Part shown: in pieces, positions 40,941 through 54,740 of the stretch
How positions within the stretch are numbered: position 1 is the first letter of the stretch
Layout of the letters: each line of letters begins with the position of its first letter
Source: Eledone cirrhosa
Lineage: Eukaryota
DNA length: 64,000 nucleotides
Direction of reading: 5' to 3'
Assembly: GCA_964016885.1 (NCBI GenBank)
Contig: OZ024746.1
Location: 76,012,001-76,076,000 of the forward strand
Translations under genes and position numbers: made by a program
The notes under the pieces: generated by a model
Database searches by the model: none
Seen by the model: the letters and a program-made list of their open reading frames with translations, nothing else
What the model was told of the DNA's origin: nothing

Positions 40941-41468
40941 TTAACCCTTCTGAACCAAGCTGACTGAAACTGACCCTGGTTTTCTGATACATAACTGTTC
41001 GTTTTAAATTGTTCATCATCATCATCATCACCATCATCATTGCAACCACAGTCGCAGTCGAACATTCCTGACAAAGTCTCTCCCTAATTCATGATTTTCA
41101 ATTGCTTCTGGCAACTGTTCTCTTCTGAGGTTTGTATCGTCTGAGAGTTGATTGATGACGATTTGAGCAGGTCTTCCTTTACTACATTTCCCATGAGTTG
41201 GTTCTCATAATAGTATAACTTCCTGCTTAATTCTCTAGGAATGCCCTGCAAATCGTAACCGTCTTTCAGCAATTGTATATATTATTCATATTTAAATTGA
41301 AACCTTCCAATATTATGCAATAACCTTTTTGTTAAATAATGCCCCAAACATCTACTTAATATTGAGAGAGTATTTCACTAAATCCTTCTCAAATTCTTCA
41401 TTATTCGAAATTAATTAAAACATATTGGCAGAGAGTTTCATTATAAATGTGGTAACAAAAGGGTGAAA
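40941..41468. mobile_element. Possible piggyBac-like MITE interrupted by an RTE fragment
   Basis: Starts TTAACCCTT and ends GTAACAAAAGGGTGAA. Similar ends occur at ~18390-18404 and ~18590-18603. Confidence 0.4.
41015..41272 (-). mobile_element. RTE/RTEX-type LINE 3' fragment with (TGA)n tail
   Basis: Minus strand reads ERRLRFAGHS*...LL*EPTHGKCSKGRPAQIVINQLSDDTNL. Confidence 0.75.
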
Positions 41469-41500
41469 ACACCCACAGGGTGACTTGTGTATGTTTAATA

Positions 41501-41582
41501 TAAAGGGTGTCCTAAAAAAATGTATACACACTTCAACAGCATTCTAATAAAAGTATGTATAAATTGTTTGGGACACCTTGTA
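41501..41582. mobile_element. Tiny Tc1/mariner-type MITE
   Basis: TA-flanked imperfect TIRs AGGGTGTCCTAAAAAAATGTATACACACTT / AAGTATGTATAAATTGTTTGGGACACCTTG. Confidence 0.55.
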
Positions 41583-42936
41583 TATGCTTTTATATACTTC
41601 TCTATTAGAGTTATTGAGGTCACATCACCCCCACCCGCAATCTCCATCTCCTCTCGCCTCCGCTAGTTTCAGGAATTGCCATTGAATAATACTATACAAT
41701 GTTGCTTTTTTTTCTCCAAATATCTTCGTTCCTTCTGATTAGTTCAGTCATCTTGGATGAATGCCAACTGCATGTTGGCTTTTGAACCAGCATTTCTTGG
41801 GAATTGATTACCAAACCATATAGTTTAACATGGTTTTAACACATATTGTGTGTGTGTATGTGAATATATATACATACATACACAAATACATACATACATA
41901 CATATATACATACATACATAATTATATATATACATGCATGCACACATATATACATACTCACGCGCGCGCGCGCACACACATACACACACACACACACATA
42001 TATATATATTCATATACATACATATATATATGCGGACATACATATATAATTATATACATACATGCATGCATGCACACATACATACATATTCAAGCATTCA
42101 TACATAATTATATACCTTCATCATGCATGAATGCATGCAAATATACATACATATATACGTAAAGAAATATATTTATACACACAAAAACATACATAGATAC
42201 ACGCACGCGCACGTACAATCATATCTTCACACAGATCTCAATACAAGCGGTAGACTTTATAGTTTTATACATACATGTATGCATATACAGAGAAACATAT
42301 ATATATATACGGATAATTATATCTTAAAGAAGATGCCACATATTCATTTTCGTTGAATATAGCCTAGTCCAGGTGGGGTTAGACTCACCAGGCGTTCTCT
42401 AATGTTCATTGGGTGTTTAGACCCTAAATCGTCCCATCTTCCCGATGATGACCAATAGTGACCAATTTACTATTCATCTTTTCCCCCTTGCTGCTATCGT
42501 ATCTCCTCTATTCTCTCCCTAATTCCATAATCCACAAGAGACTCTCTCTGCTCGGGGGCCACCGTAACATCATTATAAGCTCCTGGAGAAAACAAAATGC
42601 ATTGATCCATTTCCCCTAAATATACAACTACAACATATATATAGATTAGTATTGGTCCCTGGACTCGTTGGGATCCAAGCAATGTTCCTGTGTGCCCATG
42701 CCTTAAGATGTCCCCTTTCCTGCTGCCGCCCTCACCCTGAAAGCCTTCCTTTTTGAATGTATACATGTACGCATACATTCAGCTTGATTTACTTTTTTCT
42801 TTTACTGGTTTCTGTCCTTAGACTGCGGTCATACTGGGGCACCGCCGTAGCTTAGTCAATCATCACGATTCCCAGTACTTACTTTTCAAGTCTGGTACTA
42901 TTTTAGCAATCTATTTTTGCTGAACAGCTACGTTAC

Positions 42937-43031
<95 letters not shown>

Positions 43032-43389
43032 GGAGGATTAAAATCGAGACAATGCTAGCTATCGCAATAATTTCGACGTTGCTTCCCAAAGGACTGCTGA
43101 ATGCAAGGAGACATTGCTACAGAGTAAATCCATTGTGATACATTCTCAGAAAAGTGATACCCAAATAGAACATATTTGACTGATAACAATCAAAGAAATC
43201 TAAGAATTTAACAAAGAAATAATTGAAATACTTACATCGCAGCACCTTGACCATAGTTTCAACCCTTGACAAAATAAACCAATTATAAGTATTAGAAATT
43301 GATAATTAGCAAATCTCGACTGGGGCCACTTCTCAACAGGTAGTCCTAACAATAGAAAACAAATTCTCATCATGTCTGTTTAGAGACGA

Positions 43390-43669
<280 letters not shown>

Positions 43670-44045
43670 TACGGGCTTCGGCTGTTTCTGTCGACCAAAT
43701 TCTACCCACAAGGCATTGGTCTATTCAAACAGTTACCCAAGTAGCCAAGTACCGCTCAGCAGGATTGAAACCGTGACCGCATGGTGGCGAAGCAAGCTCT
43801 AAGCTATAAAATTCTACATTTCAAAAATGTTGACATGTTTACACAAACAATGAATTGCCTTTTACTCAACAGTTAAATAATAGACCTTTTTTTTTTTTGC
43901 TTTTGCCTGCTTTTTATGACTCCTGTGTTGTTTCACCATAATCTGAACTACTTTCTCGTAAAATAGCAACTTTTTTTTATATATAACTCCAGAATGTTTT
44001 GACACTTTTTTCTCTCTTTTGCTGAAAACAAATGAAAGAATAAAA

Positions 44046-44192
<147 letters not shown>

Positions 44193-44236
44193 GTATATAT
44201 ATATACAGGCACGCATGTGAGTGTACGTAGATACAT

Positions 44237-44270
<34 letters not shown>

Positions 44271-44317
44271 ACATATATATATACATATATATATATATAT
44301 GCGCGTGAGTGTGTGTC

Positions 44318-44385
<68 letters not shown>

Positions 44386-44684
44386 TATACATATAAAGAG
44401 ATAGATATAGGCAGTGGTGTAGGGCAGACGACATCGTTGGCAAAGAACATTTTGACAGATTATGTATGACGCGGACAAAAATGCTATACAGTTTTCTTTT
44501 TATCAACCGTGTTTTCCGAACCATTCTTGGTTAGTTATTTTGCTGTCAATTGAAATTTGAAAGAGTAAAAGAAAAAATTCATACTGTCCCATTCCAAAAG
44601 ACAGTAAACTTGATGAAGGCAAATTCTTTGAATGAACAGTTAGAACAATCCAGTAATATACATACATATATATATGTATGTATA

Positions 44685-44778
<94 letters not shown>

Positions 44779-44905
44779 GGTATCCACTGTAAGTTGTGGC
44801 GTCTATTCTGCATGAAGAACTCGATGTAACCCATATGTTGAAAATGTTGTAGGTTAAGATAAATCTCAGAAAACAATAAAACATTAAAAGGAAAACAGAG
44901 TCATG

Positions 44906-45397
44906 ATATAAGTTAAAACAATGAAATAAAAAAATCAAGTCATTAGAGATATACTTCATTGCTTTACGATCGTTTCTAGGTGGTGATAATACATTGTATC
45001 TATACTCAGTTATTGATCTATGTAAGTTTACAAACTATCAGATAGAGAGAATATTTACTTACATGCATATCACCAGCTGTTTTCAAAAGCAATAATAATT
45101 TTATTCAATAATAATTTTATTCAGAATTAGTAGCATATTAGTATCATGTCCTCCAAATAAGGACATGATCATGCTACTAATTCTGAGTAAAATTATTATT
45201 GAATAAAATTATTATTGCTTTTAAAAACAGCTGGTGATATGCATGTAAGTAAATATTCTCTCTATCTGATAGTTTGTAAACTTACATAGATCAATAACTG
45301 AGTATAAATACAATGTATTATCACCATCTAGAAACGATCGTAAAGCAGTGAAGTATATCTCTAACTAATGACTTGATTTTTTATTTCATTGTTTTAA

Positions 45398-45404
<7 letters not shown>
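44906..45404. repeat. ~500-bp near-perfect palindrome (fold-back Penelope-like element)
   Basis: Arms of ~240 bp with centre near 45155. The right end abuts (TA)n. Confidence 0.9.
44956..45095 (-). ncRNA. Hammerhead candidate homologous to 15901-16040, U3-A8 core
   Basis: TTATTGCTT-TTGAAAA-CAG...CTA-GAAAC-GATC-GTA-AAGCAATGA: 9-bp stem I. Confidence 0.65.
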
Positions 45405-45441
<37 letters not shown>

Positions 45442-45714
45442 AACCAAATAAATATATATATTTTTTTTAAAATAAGACTCCAGTTGCATTTTCGATTTCA
45501 TCTTTTGTTCTTTATACTTTCACTCGTGTAGGACACCAGTTATTTTTCATTTTGTGAAAAAAACCTCACTTTCTAATATATATATATATTTATATATATA
45601 TGGAGGATTCGGGATCCCGACGGGTGAGCTCCTGCCGCTTCAACAGCTAGATCCGAACGTTCGAACTCTACTACCCCAAGTATACTTGGGGTAGTAGAGT
45701 TATATATATATATC

Positions 45715-45900
45715 TATCTAAGGCGGGTAAAATTCCCGAGATCCATGGACGAGTTCTCTCCAGCGGTCTCTGTCCCTCATTATCGCTGCCATGTCCTGCG
45801 TCTCCAACAGACCAGTGTCTGACCTTAGGGCATCAACATACGTCAACCTTGGTCTTCCTCTTCCAGTGTGTCCATGTAGGGGCTCCCAAAGGAGCACTGA
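45715..45900 (-). mobile_element. RTE/RTEX-type LINE 3' fragment
   Basis: SVLLWEPLHGHTGRGRPRLTYVDALRSDTGL...MRDRDRWRELV, ending in a TAGA/TA tail. Confidence 0.8.
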
Positions 45901-46425
45901 GTGCAATGTCAATAAGTGGTTACACAACAGTTAGTTCACCATACCGAGAACAATTGTTTCACCTTAGCGGATCTTCAACTCGGAATGGGCATGGTTATAG
46001 GAACAGGAAGGACAACCGTACGCACGCGCATGCGCAGAAACCCGGTCACTTCACACAGGCAATACTAGACTGCGTGCGAGAGGTGTAAGGGAGATAACTG
46101 CGAAAGTCCGAAAAGTTTTTAGGTTGAAAATAAATTTACAAAGAATCAGTCCGGAGCCTTGTAGTTATGCAATAGGTGTTTGGCGACGTGTGGACAACGT
46201 GTGAAAAATTCATTTCTCGTGTTTAGGCAATCACTATTGCGTATTCGTTCGTCAATACATAAGCCACACGCTGGATTTGCCCTTGCGTATAGCTTGGACT
46301 TAGTGATGGCTTTCCATTGAATGGAGTAGTCTATACTTGTGTCTTTGAGGGACTATACGTGGCTCGCGAGTTTCATGGATGAACGTCTGTCTGAATATAT
46401 GTATAGTACATTTGGCAATATACCG

Positions 46426-46608
46426 TATGAATATATGTATAGTACATTTGGCAATATACCGTATGTTTAATTAAAAACATTTAGAAGACCATACGCTATC
46501 AGTTTTAAAGTAGTGATTATGTCACTTACTTCTTTTCGGCGAAGGTCTTCTAAATGTTTTTAATTAAACATACGGTATATTGCCAAATATACTATACATA
46601 TATTCATA
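46426..46608. repeat. Inverted repeat with ~65-bp arms, preceded by a 36-bp tandem duplication
   Basis: Direct sequence comparison. Confidence 0.85.
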
Positions 46609-46801
46609 TATACATCGCTATTTCAGAGCACCAATCCTAATACCATATATATATATATAATAGAAAAAACGAGGAAGTTTCGTTTACAATATTTATTGCA
46701 TATCGACGTGTTACGCGCGTTTCGCAGAAGATTGGCTCATGGTGAGTTATGGACCCGACTCCAGTATCGATCTGCTCTCAAAAGATATATATATATATAT
46801 A

Positions 46802-46942
<141 letters not shown>

Positions 46943-48770
46943 TTATATCTCGTAACTGAGTGGTTTGATGAAAAAAAGATCGATAAAATAAGTATCTAAA
47001 AAATATTGGATCTATTAAATCCATTTAAGGCATGACTGCAGCCATGTGATTGAAATCAATAAAAGAACGAAAGAATATAAAGCAATAAACAATCATTCAT
47101 ATGGGTAAATCTATCAGAAAACGACATTGGTAATGATTGCTACCTCCTTTGTCACGCTCCAGTATGTTTATGGCAATCAGAAAGATTATAGAAGAAAGCT
47201 ATGTGAAAGATTTTAGAAGAAATCTTATTTATGCAAGCTGTTTTAATGCCGTTCTTTCAAAGAAATAATCTTTGTAGGAAGAGAGAGAGAAAAGGCGATT
47301 GAATAGTGGTGTGAGATATTTGTAAGTGAAGCTTAGAGTTATTGTGCTGATATGAAATATAAACACAATGCTGGGGATTTTTCTATAGTATAGAGCTTAA
47401 CAATCGAAGAAAGAGGTTTGTAAAGTCTGCATGGTAAGTTTTTGTAGACCCAAATTCTTCTAGTCTTTTATGACTTCTTACAAAAGTGTGAATCTTGAAA
47501 ATATTTCAAGAAATATTGGTGCTATTATATATCCTTTATTTTTTTGTGAATAAATTTGTTCCAACTGAGACACGAAATCGTTTCAGAACGAACCCAACGG
47601 TTTATCACAGAATCCGTCACATTTGTGTTAAACTCTCAGCATGCAGTAAACATAATAATTCCCGAAGGATTGGAGAGGTTACACCAGCATCCGGGTTTTT
47701 GTGATGGCTCCGTGGATAGCAAAAGATAACATTGTGCTACAGAGTAAACCATAAAATCCAAACATCACCTGGTAGCATCAATGCTACTTGACACAGATGG
47801 AAGAAGTGATGTCGTTAAGAGCTCCAGCTGACAATGATAGCGGGGATGTCCCGCAGTGCAAACTGTATGTAAAATATAAAATGTATGTATGTATCTGTAA
47901 CTCCTATTGGAGTCTGGGGCACCATAGTGACATATGGTGTTTCTTGAGCCTATCTCTTTATACAAGAGAGAGTAAGTAATAGAGAGGAAGTGAGAAAGAG
48001 ATCTAGAGGAAGCATCGACGCCAGTACTGAACTGGTACTTTATTTCATCAATCTTGAAAGGATGAAAGGCAAAGTTGACCTCGACGGGATTTGAACTCAG
48101 ACTGCAGAAACCCCGAGGGCATACCGCAAAACATTCTATCCGGCGTTCTAACGACTCTACCAATAAGAAAAAAAAATGTTTCTTGAGTCTTTGTCACGTT
48201 TCTAAACTTAGCAAAGTGTTGATGATAGGCTTATATAATCTATTTCAACCTTCAATCACAATATTTTGAAGACGCTGAAATGTAAAGTGGTAAGCAACTA
48301 AACTGAACATTTGAATTTTCACAAATGCAACAAATCTAGGTAACAAACAAATGAAAATATTAGATGAGCTCCTTTGTTTTCTTTACTGGTTAGATTTTAC
48401 ACAAATAACTTTTTAAAGTTAGATTCTGTGAAGTCTATCCATATGTATTTGAAGTATTCTACACACATGTGATCTAAATTTAATAAAACTATATGAAGTA
48501 TCAAAACCAGTAGAATGGCTTTTGATTTGAGACAAGTTTTTACAGTTCATGATGTTTTTATTTATTACTCTTTTTCTAATTCTAGACATTTTTTTTATCG
48601 TGATAATAAAATCATTTTTAGCTTAAAATATAAAAGCCAAAATCTCCACTTACAGATTTCCGACTGGAAGTCAATCTCCATAAAAACAGAAGACAATAAG
48701 GAGGAAAATATTTGTTAATTAACAAGGAAGTGTTTTTGAGTTTACTAAAATAAAATTGATTGTTTTCATC

Positions 48771-49065
48771 GAGTACCAAAATAACCACACGTGGAAATAA
48801 CTACTTCACGTTCTTCTACATAGGAGTGAAAAACAAAATATGTTTATGAATCACTTAAAATAATCAGCTGGTCACCAGGAGTACCAAAATAACTACTTCA
48901 CGTTCTTCTTCTATATAGGAGTGAACAAAAAAATGTTTATGAATTAATTGAAATACGCAGATAGTGACCAGGAGTATTAAAATAACGACTTTATGTTTTT
49001 CTTCAATATAAGAATAAAAAATAAAATGTAAATGAATCACTTGAAATAAGCAACTGATCACCAGG
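48771..49065. repeat. Diverged ~100-bp tandem repeat, ~3 units
   Basis: GAGTACCAAAATAAC...ATGAATCACTT...CACCAG recurs. Confidence 0.75.
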
Positions 49066-50187
49066 ATATGCCTTCTGTGGTGATGTTAAGGATGGGAAGA
49101 AATTGTTGCATCTGACTGTCTAGCCAGACTTTTCGAGTATAATGGTATTATTCTACATCCACTTCTATGTTTTTATGCTCACCGTTGTTTAGAATTGTGG
49201 ACACATGGTCGAATGTTTAAGAACTTAGGCCAACGCTACAGCCGCCTAGGGGGCACACATCAGTAAGGTATGTAACTGAACCTTAAAGGATAATAAATAT
49301 ATAATAATTTCCTGCGATCAATAAATAAATCACTAAATAGCTTTATTGCATAGCAGATTTGCAGAAATATCCGAATCGAGAGAGAGGGTCATATGGTGTT
49401 ATGACCTGTCACATGATTAGGCGTGAGTGGGTTGTGGATTGTGTAGTAGCAAATGAGGGTTTAATAATTCTCTTAATGTGATTAGAGGAATAAGTGTCAA
49501 AAATTAGATTCGTCAGTTTGCCAACCTGTAATTTTGAAACTAATTTATTTCGGAGAATGGGATGCATAATTGGAAGAATGGGCGTTTAAAATTGTACAGC
49601 TAGCTTAGGGCAGTAAATATTCTGGTTTCGGTTCTGGTCTCCAGGTCTTGTCTGAAATAAATCAATATTATCACCGTACGGCTAAGGGTTGATTGTCCTG
49701 CTAAATATGCTGTACAATAATCTCTGAAATAATGTCTCTTTGGAGCTTTGTAACTTACTTTCAAGTTAGTTCTTTTCTTACACGAATGTCAACAATTCTT
49801 CAAAGTGTGGTATTCAAATAAAAACATGCCTACCATATTTCAAACTGAATCTCAAAGGGGGAGAGATTAACTGAAGGCAAACATTATTTACATGTCAGAG
49901 AAGGTCATCTGATAGTGTTTCGTGAAACACTTGATACACTTGATATCTTTACACGAAATTATTATACACAATAACAGCTATGATCGTAATAACTAACACG
50001 GCAAATATTTACAATAAACGACATTCATTATAACCATTCAGCTATTGGCTTTTTGACATTTTCACCGTAAAGTTGCTCTTGTTTATATTTCTTCTTGGTA
50101 ATATTTATAAGCGAAGTAGTTTTAAAAATATCTTTTCCTCCCTTGAAGAATCTCAGTGGATATACAGTACAGTAATAAATATATATG

Positions 50188-50772
50188 TGGCGAATTGGCA
50201 GAGTCGTTAGAACGTCGGATAAAATGCTTTGTGGTATTCGTTCTGGCTCTCTGCTCTCTGAGTTCAAATCCCACCAAGGTCAGCTTTGCCTTTCATCCTT
50301 TCAAGGTCGATAAAAAAAAGTAGCAGTCTAGTACTGAGGTCGGTTCTTCCTCTCTCTGGAAGAAATCTGCTGTACTCAGGCCTGGAGAGAAGGCTCCGCC
50401 AGGCTTAAAATGCCCAAGAAGCGCCGTATATCAATACGGTGCCCCTACTACTCTATCAGAAGTTACGGGACCATACATACAATATATATATAAAAGATTT
50501 ACAACGTTTCAGTTGTGAGAAGTTGTGGATTTCCGTCGGATCTAACGGCGTGTTTCAGTTATTTTTTTAAAATCTGTTGAAACCCGTTCCCTCTCCAGTT
50601 CTGAATACACCCGATTTCTTCCAGTCCTGGACTGGTACTTTTTTTTTATCAACCTGTAAAGGACGAAAGGCAAAGTTGACTTTGGCGGGTTTTGAACTTA
50701 AAGCACAAAGAGTCGATACGAATGCCACAATACATTTTATCCGACGTTCTAACGACTCTGCTAATTCGCCGC
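50188..50772. mobile_element. Convergent pair of older S1-related SINEs
   Basis: 50188-50335 (+) and 50631-50772 (-). Relatives at 48020-48163 (-), 14865-15200 and 19300-19430. Confidence 0.7.
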
Positions 50773-51599
50773 ACCCCAGAGATGTATGCACTTGCACAAA
50801 TAGAATTCTACAATAATTCTAGTGTTGGTGTTCTGCCTAAAATTCTGTTGGCTCCAGAGGGTCATCAAATAACTTTGATAAAGCGAAATATCCATCTAAA
50901 TGGACGTCCATCGGTTTCGACGATAAATGTTCTTGTTGTTAGACCAACGGAACAACTTGCTTATGAAGTTAACGTAAGTCCCTGAGCATTTTACAGATAC
51001 GTGTTCCTTAACGTCATTCTTAGAGATTCATCGTGATACAGTGTGCAACAAGGTCGGCTCTTTAAGTTACAAGCACAAGTCACAGTCCATCCGACGGACT
51101 ACCAAACAATTTTTGACTACCCAGTTTCATTCACAAGATCAATCTGAGGCTATGGTAAATGAAACTTGCCCAAGATGCCACGCTGTGGGAGCGAACCAGG
51201 GGCCTAATAATTACGAAGCGAACTTAACCATTCGGCTATACAGCGCCCATGAACGTCCATCTAAGCGTAATACAAACGACGTACACAAAACTCATTCACA
51301 CTCACAATCTCTTTAAAAAAATTATTCCTAGTAAGATAAGCTCGCTTTAACAAGGTATCTTACTACAGTTTCCTAATAGATTATAAATAATATAAAACCC
51401 ATCAATATAAAGCAATACACATAATATTTCACTTCAAAACAGTAACTATTACTTCCTGCTCGTTCACTGAATCATGTAATATATGTTATCTATGTATACA
51501 TTAATCATTTATGACATTCATAAATAGATTATAGTTTCTTTCCCGTGTAAATCTCTACTTTGTACATTAGTGTCTTTCTATTTTTGTTTCATTACAGGG

Positions 51600-52190
51600 T
51601 GTATACTCCTATCGTCCAACTCCATCGCAACGATCGTCCCGTCGTTCTCCTTTAACAGAAAGACAGACAGTTTTCCTTTCTCCAGTGGTTGTGGCGAAAG
51701 AGGTTGTGGTGAACAAAGCTGAACGCACTAAAAACAGACACATTCCGCTTCTGTCAAGCTCACATCGACTTTTCACATTTTACTTGGACATGAATGTGAG
51801 GGTGGAGAGGGATATCCGCTTTTCCAATAAATTTATCAAAAGGTGGGTGAAAGTAGCGAAAACAGCAAGAGAAAATGAGTATATTCTCACCATATATGTT
51901 GGACAATTGACAGTTTGGATAGGGTACTCATTCTTGGTGATTATGGATCTATGGAGTTCCTCAATTAACTTTAGCGATTCCGTGTTGTACCAAAAGCATT
52001 GAATAACTTTGTTTTTGTATACCACGTGTACCTAATTTGTATACTACGTGTACCTAATTTGTATACTGTGAACTCGTTATCTATTTTTTTCTCATTTCCA
52101 TGTCAACCTCCAGCTTCATATTGTAACTTGTTTTTGTGACATCTCTTTCATCAGATACCCTTGTGGCAAATGCAAGAACTTTTTATCATT
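51600..52190 (+). pseudogene. Probable Tx1-type LINE 3' remnant
   Basis: VVAKEVV and VRVERDIRFSNKFIKRWVKVAK resemble Tx1 ORF2 C-termini (from memory). Confidence 0.45.
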
Positions 52191-52207
52191 ATGATTACTG
52201 CTATTAG

Positions 52208-52403
52208 GGTGGTGGATTGGCAGTATCGGTTGAGGGTCTGACGCCATGCTTTACAGCAAAGAGTTACGGCCCTTTATGGTCTGAGTTCAAATCCCACTGA
52301 GGTTAACTTTGCCGTTCATCCTTACGGGGTCGATAAAATAAAGCACCAGTAATAAACTGAGGGTAATTGCTGGCCTTGTGCCAAAAGTAGAAACAATTAT
52401 TAT
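52208..52403 (+). mobile_element. SINE S1
   Basis: A/B boxes and the S1 3' end GCTGGCCTTGTGCCAAAAGTAGAAACAATTATT. Confidence 0.9.
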
Positions 52404-52405
52404 TA

Positions 52406-52595
52406 CTGCCTTCAACAACGTCGTCGGACGCTGGACAGAAGGATCGGTAAAGTTGCTCGGGGTCTGGTTCGATCCGGACCTCCAGATTCATAAGAACTGG
52501 GGCGAGGTAACGAGCAGGGTGCCCACTCTCAGCCAGATATTGGCCGAGAGGAAGCTATCCCTGAAAGGTAGAGCGGAAGTAGAGAAAGCGTTCTA
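52406..52595 (+). pseudogene. L1/Tx1-type ORF2 fragment (post-RT region)
   Basis: VKLLGVWF...KNWGEVTSRV...RKLSLKGRAEV. Confidence 0.7.
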
Positions 52596-52633
52596 TGCTC
52601 TTACCCTCGGATATTTCTACCAAACTTTTACTA

Positions 52634-52691
<58 letters not shown>

Positions 52692-52925
52692 ATTAGAAAC
52701 ACACAGATACATGCGGACACACACATATATACATGAATGCATCCGCACCCAACTGTGAGTTAAGGGTGCCAACTTCACCGATGTTGCTCAATGAATGACT
52801 GGGACAGACCAATTCAGTTGAACTAGACTGAACCAGTATCAGAGTTAAAAATACATTATGAAGAGAGAAGAAACATTTAGATATAATTAGTAATAAAATG
52901 TATCATACCTAAACTGCTCCTAAAT

Positions 52926-53015
52926 TCCTCGACTACGTAGTTTCGTGGCATAAACAAAAACAATATATCATAAAGATATAGAGTCCCTGCGAGGTCTGCC
53001 GACTTATCAAGAGGA
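52926..53015 (-). ncRNA. Type I hammerhead ribozyme candidate, U3-A8 core variant
   Basis: TCCTC-TTGATAA-GT(C)GGCA...TGCCAC-GAAA-CTACGTAG-TC-GAGGA: 5-bp stem I, palindromic stem III, GUC triplet. Confidence 0.75.
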
Positions 53016-53520
53016 TACCTCGTTTTACTAGTCTCAAGAACGCGTCTACACGACGTGAGAAAGAATCCCAAAAGGCGGAGGGGGAGATAGTCACGCGATA
53101 TAACGGTCGAGAAACAGAGCTAAGCCTCTTATAACCCCGAAGAAAATACCACGGAGGCGGAGGGGGTACTCATATCGAGGCCGTAGAAGAGGTGGTGAAG
53201 AAGGCGAGAAGTATGAGTAATGGAAGCCTTCCAGCTGTCCCCACACTTCAAAGATTGCTCGACCACAGGGAGTTATTAACAATATAATTAGAAACACACA
53301 GATACATGCGGACACACACATATATACATGAATGCATCCGCACTCAACTGTGAGTTAAGGGTGCCAACTTCACCGATGTTGCTCAATGAATGACTGGGAC
53401 AGACCAATTCAGTTGAACTAGACTGAACCAGTATCAGAGTTAAAAATACATTATGAAGAGAGAAGAAACATTTAGATATAATTAGTAATAAAATGTATCA
53501 TACCTAAACTGCTCCTAAAT

Positions 53521-53610
53521 TCCTCGACTACGTAGTTTCGTGGCATAAACAAAAACAATATATCATAAAGATATAGAGTCCCTGCGAGGTCTGCCGACTT
53601 ATCAAGAGGA
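53521..53610 (-). ncRNA. Second hammerhead candidate of the tandem unit
   Basis: Same sequence as 52926-53015, shifted by 595 bp. Confidence 0.75.
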
Positions 53611-53823
53611 TACCTCGTTTTACTAGTCTCAAGAACGCGTCTACACGACGTGAGAAAGAATCCCAAAAGGCGGAGGGGGAGATAGTCACGCGATATAGCG
53701 GTCGAGAAACAGAGCTAAGCCTCTTATAACCCCGAAGAAAATACCACGGAGGCGGAGGGGGTATTCATATCGAGGCCGTAGAATTATTACTAATTATATC
53801 TAAATGTTTCTTCTCTCTTCATA

Positions 53824-53854
<31 letters not shown>

Positions 53855-53859
<5 letters not shown>

Positions 53860-54213
53860 ACCCGCCACCACCCTACACACCCCACACCCTTCCACCACCT
53901 GTTTTACCCCCCTTTTAATTTCAGTTTATTTTGATCATGCTTTTATATTTAATTTTATTTCATTCCTTGTATTTTGATCATGCTTTATTTTTATTTTTAT
54001 TTTTAATTTCATTCGCACCGTTTCCTTTCGCTATATGTCTCTCCACCACTCCCCTACACACCCTTTGAACTCTGTTCCCACACACTTCTCACCTGAGGAA
54101 GGGCTTATGCCCGAAACGTCGTTCCCCACCACCACCCCACTCTCCAGAGCGTGAAATTAATAAACATTCGTTGTACTGCCTCTCTGTTTTGTTCCTGTTC
54201 AAATTTTTCCATT
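53855..54213 (+). mobile_element. Penelope-like 3' end remnant with hammerhead-core motif
   Basis: CTGAGGA-A-GGGC(TTAT)GCCC-GAAACGTC at ~54093-54120, then AATAAA. TA-flanked. A decayed relative lies at ~39480-39770. Confidence 0.55.
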
Positions 54214-54690
54214 ATATATATATATATATATATATATCTATTACTACCTCTCCTCCTCCTCCTTCTTCCCGTTTGACCTGTGCGTAATTCTTTTCTTTCG
54301 CACGCTTGGTCAGGCTGGTTCGCCTTTTTCCTCTCTCTCGTCTACGATTTCACAGAACTTATGTTCACCGAATTCACAGACTAGATTCCTTCTTCCTCCC
54401 GTTAGACCTGTACGGAATTCCTTTCTTGCTCACATTCCAACCAGGTTTGATGGTCTTTATTCTCTCTCGTTCACGATTTCACCGAACTTATATTCATGGA
54501 AATTTGGGACTTGACTCGTTCTTCCTCATTTTTCGTTGCTTCACCATCTTTGTTTGTTTACACTCTCGCTGTCCCCTTTATTTACGTGTCCCAACGACTT
54601 TTTTAGCCGTTGCTCGCACCAACCGGAGGTATATGGTCTTTAAAGCGAAGAAATATCTGTGATGGTTGGAAGATCACTGATGAGGACCAC

Positions 54691-54731
<41 letters not shown>

Positions 54732-54740
<9 letters not shown>

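Larger units (their letters stand above)
52686..53829 (-). mobile_element. Tandem 595-bp hammerhead-bearing element (retrozyme/Penelope pLTR-like) with inverted terminal segment, in (TA)n
   Basis: 52686-53280 is repeated almost exactly at 53281-53783. 53784-53829 is the reverse complement of 53446-53491. TA arrays lie on both sides. Confidence 0.8.

Noticed and set aside
46660-46785. Hammerhead (GAAAC-GCGC-GTA on minus strand)
   Set aside because: The 5' core and stem I are lost at the TA junction, so it is only a remnant.
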